DNA of 64,000 nucleotides from Raillietiella orientalis (taxonomy: Eukaryota), in assembly GCA_036172245.1 (NCBI GenBank), contig JAYWIR010000015.1, positions 1,860,001-1,924,000 on the forward strand, given 5' to 3'. A model generated the notes under the pieces. That model was not told the DNA's origin. It did not search any database and worked only from the letters and a program-made list of their open reading frames with translations. Made by a program: the position numbers and the translations under genes. This document shows positions 13,400 through 22,979 of this stretch, in pieces; the first letter of the stretch is position 1; each line of letters starts with the position of its first letter.

Positions 13400-14222
13400 C
13401 AGTGGCAGCCCGATCAAGCCCCAAACTCCCCTATCGCTCTCTGAAGAACTTGTGGTCCCTCCCCAGTGTCTGGACGCTTCTGCGTTCCTGCTCTCCTGGA
13501 AACAGGCCGCGCTGCTGTTCATGCACTGGGGACTCCAGTCCAATCAGCTCCTGCACCCTCATTTTCGGAGGGGTTGCACTCCCGAAATGTGCTAGGTGCA
13601 GGTAGGCGGAGTCGATCCTGCCGCATCTGCTTTCGGACGGCGGTGCCCTCCAGAAAGCGAAGCGCCAAGAACCGACGCAGCAGGTCGCTCAGTTCCTCGC
13701 GCCGGAAGTACTTCGGAAGGGAGCTGCGATCACAACCACGGCGGTGCCATCGTCACGGCCTGTCATGAGCTGGAGACGATGGCGCAGCGAAGGGAGGTCA
13801 CCGAGATGGCAATCGCCTACATGAGGACGGCTGTAGGGTGGCCTCGCTTGCAAGAGGAGATCGCTGGCATCCAGCTCCGGTTTTGAAGTAAGGGAACGGC
13901 GGACAGCGTTGATCCTTGTCCCCAGACCCCCGTTATTTATTTATTTATTTTTTCATTCTCCCTTTCGCGGTACCTTTCCCGATTTTTGTATGTTTATCCA
14001 GATGTACACGGAGAGAACCCAGAACCCCCTGCCCTATTCCCCGGAGTTTCCTCACTTTTGTTTCTGTTGTGCTCCTTCACCTCCCTACCGTTCCGGACTT
14101 TCGTGTATCCCGACCTGCGTGTCGGTGGACCCTCCCTCAGAACTTGTTTTCAATGGGGAACTCTCATATTCCTGACTGGTTTCCTTTTATGAAACCAAGC
14201 CTCCGGGCGTGATTCAGTGAAT
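13400..14222 (+). mobile_element. Old, diverged LINE 3' fragment (ORF2 C-terminus + 3'UTR)
   Basis: WKQAALLFMHWGLQSN and AYMRTAVGWPRLQEEIAGIQLRF* match the family C-terminus. Hairpin CCGAC-CTGCGT-GTCGG at 14110-14125. Degenerate terminal motif near 14197-14220. Confidence 0.7.
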
Positions 14223-15308
14223 CGCCACCGTAGTCTGCCGTAGACCTTAGACCACCGTAGACCCCTGAAGACGGTCGGTGGAGCGACCTGCTTTCCCTTG
14301 AGTGAGGAGACGGAGAGGGCAACGAAGGAACCCAATCATGGTCTCTCGGGAGCCGAGGAAGAGCGCCGGAAGCGAAAGGTGTCAGCACGACCCTACGAGA
14401 GCGCGCTGGTTTACTCGAGCGGGCAGTCGATGCGAGGACGCTCTCTGCCGTCGGACCCCGCGCAGCAGAGGGATGCGATGGAATTGAATGATGACCTCTG
14501 ACCAGGCGGGAAAAGATAAATCCGATGAATTTTGCAGCAGCCGTGATCCAAGGAGGAAACTCCCCCCCTTTCCCCCTCCCCGCGACGACGCTGTTATTTT
14601 ACCACAAAGCTGGCTGCTCTCATAGGAAGAGAAAAGAAAAAAATGCGGAGCACTGCTCTATGAATGAAAACTTCCTAAACATCTCTCCTTGCATTTATTA
14701 CCTCTGCAGACCGTCGTCCCGGGACGTCCTCGCGAACTTGGAAACGAAAAGGCCATAAAAAAGAGAAGCGAAAATTCCCATCCGGAAGCAGGAGTTTGGA
14801 ATTTTACAGGAGTCCCGAGGGACCCCTCGGACGAGGGTTCGCGGCAGATTTGGAAGAGAGCGAAGAAAACAATAAGATGCACTCATGCAAATTCCGCTAA
14901 GCGGGCGAAGCGTGGAATGGCAACGGCGGGATACAAAGAGGATTCCAATCTCTCTCCAGAGCACCGGGATGGGACCATACCCTGAGCTTCGGCACGCCGG
15001 CTCGGAAAGAGTTTCTTCGGCGCTTTCCCTCGCTGCGAGCAAAGGGATTTGCGTTCTTCAGCCTCGGATCTGCAATGCATCCGGCATCAACGGATGCCAC
15101 GTCGAGAACCAACTCGAGAGAAGGTGCTCCTCGCGCTCTGGTCCGCAAGTCAGAGATGCGGCTACCTCTGCCCTCCCTAAACGCGAAAGATTCCCAACTT
15201 TCCTTCCTGCAGCACGAGAGGAACGAAAAACAGCATCTAGGAGGATACGTTCCCCGTCCGAACTGGAACGGCCGTGACCGTTTCAGCTCGAGGCCCTCCT
15301 TCAACTTT

Positions 15309-15853
15309 AGCAGCGCGCATCTCCTGGCGTGGACTCGCTCCTTCGGAATTACCCGAGGTCCTTGTGTGTTTCTTTCTTTCTGGAAGGTCTGAAAGACCTG
15401 CATTTTCCGTGCTGAGACATTGACGGATGACTGCAAAGAGGCAAGGCTGGACGGGGCCACAGTTCGCCCTTGAGTTCCGGTTCTCACCCGGTCACGTCTG
15501 GCGTATGCGTTCATAAGAATAGACATAGAGGGGTCGGTGGCAGTTGTCAGCCGCCGATCAGACCGTTCCAGGGTCGAGGCTGGATCCAGGGACGGTGCGA
15601 AGGGAAGGTCATCATCATGTTGCTAGCGTCAGACTCCCCCTTCGAAGACACGGCGGCGGAGACTCCAGTGCTCTCTGGCTCAGTATGCCTGTGCTTCTCG
15701 AGCGCAGGATGCCAGCGAGGTTTTCCTGGAGTTTTTCCGGACGCATCCATCTCGCCGCGATCCGCGGGAAACGGGCGGCAAAGAGGATAGCTCCGCTGTC
15801 GCCGATGCCCTTGTCGGCTTCGTTCCTGGAGACGACGGACACCGCGCCGGCAC
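15309..15853 (+). repeat. 545-bp segment identical to 32426-32970 (decayed RT-like sequence)
   Basis: Base-for-base match by eye at offset 17117; identical ORFs at 15470 and 32587. Contains SPGVDSL...FWKV, like the start of an L1 RT. Confidence 0.95.
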
Positions 15854-16989
15854 ATCAGAGAGCTGTGATGGCGCGCGCGCCAGCTCGAGTGAGCTGCGAC
15901 TGCCTGGTCCTCCCTCCTTGATCGGGAAAAGATCCGCAACTTTCCTCCCTGCAATGGCCACGGGACAAACAGAACCGAGGAGGATCCGTTCCTTCCCTAA
16001 ACTAACACTGCCACGTGACTTGGGAGTCCCTGCCGTGTCGGCGCAACTTGCCTGTAATTGGGAAAGCATACAGAAACGTACCGTGGAAGTCCTTCGTTGC
16101 TATTTTTCCCTGCATCTCCGAGAGCCGATTGATATCCTCCATAATGAGCGTTCCACGATGTGAGAGACTTTCGAGTTGGATTCTCTTCTTCCTTCTTCTT
16201 CCATCTTGATTGCGGAATACCTGCAGCGGATCTCATGCTGCCGCTGATCTCCTTACTTGCAAATGGAGCCTGCTGTAGGGAGCGATTGATACGCGTTCAT
16301 GAGAAATGACCGAAGCGCGTGGCGCGAGTAATAATTAATGGGCCCAATAGCGTGAATCTGCCAGTCGCGTGAGTGCGGAATGGATGCGTGGACAAGTGGA
16401 TGATGGCAGTGTTGGAATGCAGGTGCAAATCGCATGGAGAAGCGAGTGGAAGAACGCTGCGGGCTCGGCGGCCAACGCTCAAAGACTTCGGTGGTTGGCT
16501 TGCCAGATCGGACCGATTCTGCATTCGAGTATGTAATTATTGTGACCGATGCGAAACTTCCTCTTCGCAGTAGCTCTTTGGTCCTCTTTCCTCGATTCGA
16601 CACGCGGGATCTCATCAGGTCAAGCAGGGGATTGGGGGGTGGATTTGTTGCCGTCTTCAGCTATAAAAATGCACAGTGAAAATGATGATAAAGATGCAGA
16701 GTGGAGTGCTGCGTTTCTACCAAAGTCCGAGGAGCTCTGGTTGAGCTCGCGGGAAGCCGGGCGACTTGCCATTCTCTCCGAGGAGAAAACGGAACTGGAA
16801 CCAAAAAAGGAAATAAAAGAAAGCATCCGATAGATTATGCGGAGGAAGAGGGCAAGGGAGGTTCGAATTCGATTACGTCGGGAAGTTCACTTTAAAAAAG
16901 AAATAAAATGCAAGTTAGAGGAAGAGAATCTTCTCAAGAAACAAGAAATACCTTCCCTTCCTCCTTAAAAAAAAAAGAAAAGTTTATAA

Positions 16990-17425
16990 GGGTGACCACC
17001 AGCACGCAGGTCGTCCTCAAAGAAGTAAGGAAAGGCACGTGGGCAGGAGGAAATTCCCTTGCCGCCACGCTGCCATCCCTGCGGGAGCATCTTGGCAGCA
17101 GCAATCTAACGGGGAAATGGAAAGTCTTCTGCAAGCTTTCATCTAGAAGCAGGGCTAGCTAACGGACGCCGTGACTCCCAGTCTCCAGCCTCCTCAAAGA
17201 TGCCTTGTGTGTTGCGGTGAGCTGCTGAGCATTCCCGGTGAGGATCTCGAGTGGCCCCATCGTTCCTGAACAACGGCACTCTCCCTCTCAAGTGGCAGCA
17301 GGCGACGTTGCTGCTGTTGCACTGGGGCCTCTAATGCCACATTTCCGATCCCATTGGACCCGGGGAACTGTGGATCTGGATTTCAGCAGGTGCGGGAAAT
17401 GGGAAACCCTCCAGCACCTGCTTCT
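16990..17425 (+). mobile_element. LINE ORF2 C-terminal fragment, cut off by an antisense copy at 17426
   Basis: WAGGNSLAATLPSLREHL...GKWKV and HWTRGTVDLDFSRCGKWETLQHLLL; it stops exactly at the 3' terminus of the minus-strand copy. Confidence 0.75.
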
Positions 17426-19170
17426 CACCCGGGTGCGCAGGGGCGTTTGTTACTAAACTATCAGGGAAACATGTTCCTGGACAAAGGGTACAGAAAGACG
17501 AAGGAAGGGAACTCCGACACGCAGATCGGTAAATCCGAAAGTCCGGAACGGAAGAGAGGGGACCATCAATAAATATATATAAAAAAATTTAAAAAATATA
17601 TTCAGGAGTTGGGGACAGGGGTCTTTGGTATCGGCCGTTCCATCCTTTTAGAACCGGCGTTGGATGCCGGAGATCTTCCTGACGTCTTCTGGAAGATAAG
17701 GCCACCTGGCAGCCGACGTCATGTTGTCATTGGCTATTCCAATGGCCTCTCCAAAATCGCCTGCGACTCCAGCTGTCGGTGGCCTTGCCGATGGCGCGGA
17801 TGCAACATACCTTTGCGACAACCGCACCCAACGAGAGACCACCTGACGTGAAGAAGAGGCGCATTAATGTCCTTTCAGTGTCCCCCTGGTGCAGGAGAGC
17901 TGATGCCAGCCTCCGCCACAGTCCTAGGAGGGCACCGCAGTCCAGGAGCAGGTGCGGGAGCGTTTCCACTTCCCCGCACCGCTTACAGTTTGGGGAGGCA
18001 CTCCCCTGGAAACAATGTTCGCTCGCTGGTTGCAATGGAAGCCCCAATGCACCAGCATGATGACGTCCTGTTTCCACGAAAGGGGGAACACAGAAGTGTC
18101 CACGCACGAAGGAGGGACCACAGATTCTTCGAGGGATACACTGAGAAGTTCGCTCCACCGAAGGAGTCCCTTCGGGATGTTGCGAGGCGTGGCGGCGTCC
18201 GCCAGCCCACCTTGCCGGTAGGCAACTGCCCTCTTTTGCCCTTAGGGAAGACAGCGCTGCGGCAAGGGGCGTGGCTTCCAGACTGGTCCACTTGCCTTGG
18301 TTTCGCATCACATCTTCCAAAGGAAGATAGGGAGAAAGGTGCACGCAACAAAGTTCAATGAGCGGCACATCCCGATGCCTTGCCCAGGACGATAAGGCTT
18401 CCTGCCTCCGGGCATTAAGGTTCGTTGGGCGGCAGGAGATCCAAGTGTGGGTTTCCAGGAGCCGGTAAAGCGGTTTCAAGGGGAAACCGAAGCTTTTCGT
18501 GGAGCGCTCCGTATGCGGCAGTCACGAAAGAAGTCCGTCGCTGCCGGTGCAGCGCCTGAGTAGCAGGCGTGCGGGAGCACACCACGGAGTGAACCAAAGG
18601 TTGGCGCAAAGGGTCAACATACGAAACTGCACCTGCAGTTCCGTTCTTTCCAACGTCAGGATGCCTAAGCCAGCATCCCGACGCGAAGCCGCCAAGTCCT
18701 TGAGGCGGATCCTGGACCTCGCGGGTCCCCACAGAGCGTTTCTCAACAGGCGTCTCGCCTGGAGCTTGGCCGAGTAGGGGGGCGGACAAACAAAAAACAG
18801 GGGGCAGAAGAGGGGACCAACGAAGGTGTTCCAAACGAAGGCACGCTCCGGCAGGACGAACCTGCCAAGTTGGAACGGGCCCAGAGCACTCAGCCCTCCG
18901 AAGGCAGTCCGACCACGCCTCCACTGGACTGATGTCCCCCAGCGGGACGTCTAGGTACTTCAAAGACCTGGCCGTCGGAATCCCCAGGAGGATCCAGTCG
19001 GACTGCTCCTCCCACGCCGCACCAACAGGAACGACCATACTCTTGCTCCAGTTTACGCTCACTCCCGCTCCCTGGCGAATCAGCTCGAGGAAATCCTCGA
19101 GACTAGACGCCGGGGTGGACATGGGTAAGAGGAGAAGCAGGTCATCGGCATAAGCCGCCACGGACGGTGT
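17426..19170 (-). mobile_element. 5'-truncated LINE copy A (RT YADD to 3' end)
   Basis: AAYADDLLLL, VSVNWSKS, LKYLDVPLG and CKRCGEVETLPHLLLDC; several frameshifts. Ends AAACGCCCCTGCGCACCCGGGTG with no tail. Confidence 0.9.
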
Positions 19171-19182
19171 ACCTGAACAAGG

Positions 19183-19785
19183 TTTTTCACCCGGGTAAGC
19201 CGGGGCTTTTATTATTAAAATTTTAACAAATAAAAATTCCATAATAAAGTCTAGTCTTCAAGTGAATTTTGAGGAAGAACACTTCTGTTAAGTTCTGACA
19301 GTCTTGAGGTACCTGTCCCTAACGACCCGCAGGCCGGTAAGGTCCTCTCCACTGGCGAAGGGGCGGGAAAAACAGAAAAAACAAAAAACAAAAAAACGGG
19401 GTACAATGTTTATGGGGAGGGGAGGGAAGGGAAGAGATCACTGTTCGCCGTGAGGAGGCCTCTGCATCCGGTTTTGGATACGAACAAGGGCCGACAGAAT
19501 TTTTCTCAGCCGGAGCCAACGGAAAGCCTTCTTCACAGAGAGGACTGCCCAGTGGATGGCATTCCGACTACTGCGGCCTCTCCTTGACGCGGTCCACTTA
19601 TCCAGGATTCCACGTATGCAGCAGAGAACTGCAGCACACGCGGCGGCTGGCAGGGCGTCCCGCATCAGGAGGTAACGAAAAATGTTTCTAGGGTCGCCCA
19701 CCGGGATGTTTAGGATCGACGAGAGTCGATCCCACATGAGGCGGAGGGCAACACACTCGATTATTAAGTGGAGGAGATGCCCTGG
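19183..19785 (-). mobile_element. Short 5'-truncated LINE copy B
   Basis: HLIIECVALRLMWDRLSSILNIPVGDPR...AFRWLRL, then 3'UTR and AATAAAAGCCCCGGCTTACCCGGGTG-A5. Confidence 0.9.
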
Positions 19786-21655
19786 ACATTAGGGAGTTTT
19801 CACCCGGTCACGCCGGGGCGTTTATTAAAAAACACTTTACATTTGCGGTACTAGGCCCCGCTACGGCCAATATTTCATGGGACCTGCCAGGAAGCCGGTT
19901 CTGAGGCCAGCTTGTCCTCCTCGGCAGCGGAGGGGATAGGGGGTAAAACAAAAAGAAAAATAAATGAAATAACAAAAAGAAACTATTTGGGGGGCCGGGA
20001 AGGGATCACAACCCGCTAGAGGAAGAGACTATCCTTTCCAGGATGCCCTCGAGGTCCCTCATCATAGCTCCCAGATGGGACCAGCCGATCGCGATTCGCA
20101 GGTAGCGACCCGCGTGTACGATGGGGTCCCTGTCGCTGCTTCCTCTGTTGGCTGCGCTCCAGGCGGCCACAATCCCTCGGAGGCAGCAGAGCGCTGCCAG
20201 GGTTGAGGCTGGTGGCAGGGCGTCTCGCACGAAGAGGAGTCTCACAACGTCTCTGGGGGTACTGCCGACCGGCATAGGGAGGGTCGTAGCATAACGTTCC
20301 CACAAGGACCGGAGGGCAGCGCAGTCCACTAACAGATGGGGGAGGGATTCCTTCTCCCCGCACACTGCACAGTTCTGTCCCACGTTCCCCAACGTCCAGT
20401 GGTGGCGGCGCGCGTTGCAGGGAAGACCCCAGTGCAACAACAGCGCCGTTTCCTGCCACTTGAGGGGAAGGATGAATGCGTCTCTAAATAACGGGGGTCA
20501 CTCTAGGTCATCCGCCGGGATGCCAAGCAGCTCGCCGCATCTCCGTATTCCATGAGGGCGAACGCTTGGGGTTGCGGCGTCTGCCAGTTCCCTCATTGTC
20601 CACCCGCTTAGATCCTTCTTCTTGCCTGCTATCCGGCAGGAGACTTGCCATCTCGGCTTCCGGCTGTTTTGAAGCGCCCTTCGTAGGAAGGGCAGCGCTG
20701 TGGCCAGTGGGGTCGTCTCCGCCCAAGTGCTTCTGGCGGGACACACGATCATGTTCCGCAGCGTGCAGCGGGTGTAGATGCCGGTGCGCAGGCGGTTGCA
20801 GGATTCTCCACTGATGTGTTTCAACTTTGCCCACGTTCCAACTGTTTCTTCCAGCCATGCGCTGGAGTTGGCGGGGCTGCAGGCCATCCACCCGTTCTCC
20901 TTTGCCAGGGTGGCCATGCGTCCCAGGAGAAGTCCGCATCTTCTTATTTTCCGGCCGGGGCACAGAAGAAAAGACGCGAGTCCTTCAGTCCCGGACACAC
21001 GTCTGGCGAGAAGGCGGGCTGGAACGCACCAAGGGGTGTTCCACATTTTCGCTGCGATGGCTAGAGTCCGCCACCGCAGCTGTGTTTCCATTCGCTTCAT
21101 CGTCAGGACGCTAAGACCTCCGTCCCGACGTGGAGCGCACAAATCCTTTAAAGGCACACGAGGCCTCCCGCCGCCCCACAGCGCGATGCGTAGGAGGTCC
21201 TTTGTTCTTTTTTTCAGTTCACGGGGTACGGGGCAAACAAAAAGCAGGGGGCGAAGGAGGGGCGCCGCGAACGCGTTCCATACCGCTTCCCGTTCCGGCA
21301 AGTGTAACTTGCCGTCCCGGAACGGGCCGATCGCCAACTCCACTTTTTGGAGACGGTCGGACCAGGCTTCTGCAGCGCAGAAGCCCCCCAACGGAACGCC
21401 AAGGTACTTGAAGTACCCGCCTGTGGGGATACCCTAGCGGCTCCAGTCCGACCGTTCTGCCCGCGACGAGTCCATGAAAATAAAGGACGACTTCGTCCTG
21501 TTCACCTCGAGGCCTGTGACGCAGCAACTCGAAGAAATCCTCAAGCGCCGATGCCGGGGTGGACCCGGGGAGCAGGAGCAGAAGGTCGTCGGTGTAGGCC
21601 GACACGGCAGGTATGCCAGACACGAGCTCGGCAGGGTTGCCAAAGACTCCCTATA

Positions 21656-22733
21656 GCCCGCGTCGGAGGCTTTGTGGTTAAGGCTTCCGCGCGTGGCACC
21701 ATGCGTCGCGGGTTCGAATACTTCGGCAGAAACTGACGCCATTGCGTCGTTGGGTTCCGAGTTTCTCCTGCAACGGCGCTGGTTGGCCGAGATATTCGGG
21801 AGTGACCCCGGCGGTGGATAAAGCCGGAGGCCCCCGATGAAGGCCGGAACAATGGGAGTTGACCTTCGGATCCTCCCAGGAATAAAGGAGTGGGGAGTTC
21901 CCCCTCCGGTGTGCAACGGAGAGTGGACCCCCTTCACCGGGGGAACGCCTCCGGTTTCAAGATGGAGCAGGAGCCCTCACGGGCACCTCTCCAGTTGTTC
22001 AAAGGAGCGGACCCCCCTGTTGGGGGGTCCCTCCGAGTCGTCGCTTCTTCACAGAGTGCACAAGGAAGCAAGCGAGAGCGATTCCCTGCGGGAAGCTGCA
22101 GCGCCCCTTCTGAGTTTCGGAAGCGTCCCTTCGGGGTTCTCCTCAGAGGAGTGAACAGGAGCGGTTCCCTTGCGGGTTCCCTGCGGAGAAGAAATTCCTA
22201 CTAGCGGATCCCTTCCGCATTCCCTTCGGAGAAGTTGAAATGGAGAGGACAGCCCCTACCCATTGGGGGTGTCCCTCCGGAGAGAATGAGGAAGGAGATT
22301 CCCTTCGGGATTCCCCTTCGGAGACAACCAGGGTGGAAGGTGCTATACCTCCCAGACGGAGGGAATCTCTCCCCAAGCGTGAGAGGAACGGACTCCGAGC
22401 CCTTCCTGGATTTATAGGGAGGACCGCCATCTTGGGGTGCTCCCTATCCTGAAGAATTACACTGAAGAATTACACGCCCCCCTGAGGGTTGCCGCGGGCT
22501 GAGAGGAGTGGAAACAAATCAGTGTGTTTAATGTTTAAAAAGAGCCTCGTTTCCCCGAGGCACGCGACCGGCTCTGAGGTACTTAGCGAACCAAAAAAAG
22601 AAAACTCTTTAAAAAAAAAAGCTGGAAGGAAAACAGCGAAGACAGAAGAAAAAGAAGAACCCAAGGATTTCCATCGTCCTAGGCCAATAGTAACGATCTC
22701 CTCGTGGGGTCGCTACTGGGCTTTAAATAAAAA
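21656..22733 (+). mobile_element. tRNA-headed structured SINE-like element, copy 3 (full length, ~1078 bp)
   Basis: A-box-like TGTGGTTAAGG, B-box GGTTCGAATA (21711-21720), second arm near 21751, hairpin array 21850-22570, purine-rich tract, 3' hairpin 22683-22721, A tail. Degenerate TSD AAAGACTCCCTATA (21642-21655) / AAAGTCTTCCTGCA (22734-22747). Confidence 0.85.
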
Positions 22734-22979
22734 AAAGTCTTCCTGCATGCTGTCAGCACCGAATCAAAGTAGATGCTGAAGAGCAGGGGGCTGAGGCTGT
22801 CTCCCTGCCGAATGCCACGACGAACTGGCGCGCCGTACACGTGCCGGCCGCTGAAATTAATGTTGATGTACGCGAAGCGCCAGCAGGAGCGCAGATAGGC
22901 CAGGAAGACGGCCGGAAATCCCAAGCGTTCCAGAATCTCCAGAAGGAGTTCCTCGTCGACGCAGTTGAAAGCTTTACGC

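Noticed and set aside
21837..22154. Recurring ORFs in the SINE body (..FGSVPSGFSSEE)
   Set aside because: Copies differ by frame-breaking indels and have no common start; the similarity follows nucleotide hairpins, not codons.
22405..22522. Hammerhead-ribozyme-like arrangement in the SINE (GATTTATA, stem, CTGAAGA, GAAACAAATC)
   Set aside because: Stem I and II closing pairs are non-canonical, and CTGANGA/GAAA are not conserved in copies 5 and 6. The family consensus is still worth a cleavage test.
22538..22595. HDV-like ribozyme suggested by AGAGCC/GGCTCT and GCGAA
   Set aside because: Could not build P2/P3/L3 of the nested double pseudoknot, and the stem is not kept in other copies.
22600..22678. 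SINE purine-rich tract as a remnant of LINE ORF1 (27055-27135)
   Set aside because: Low-complexity GA-rich similarity only; the TSDs show the SINE is an independent unit.
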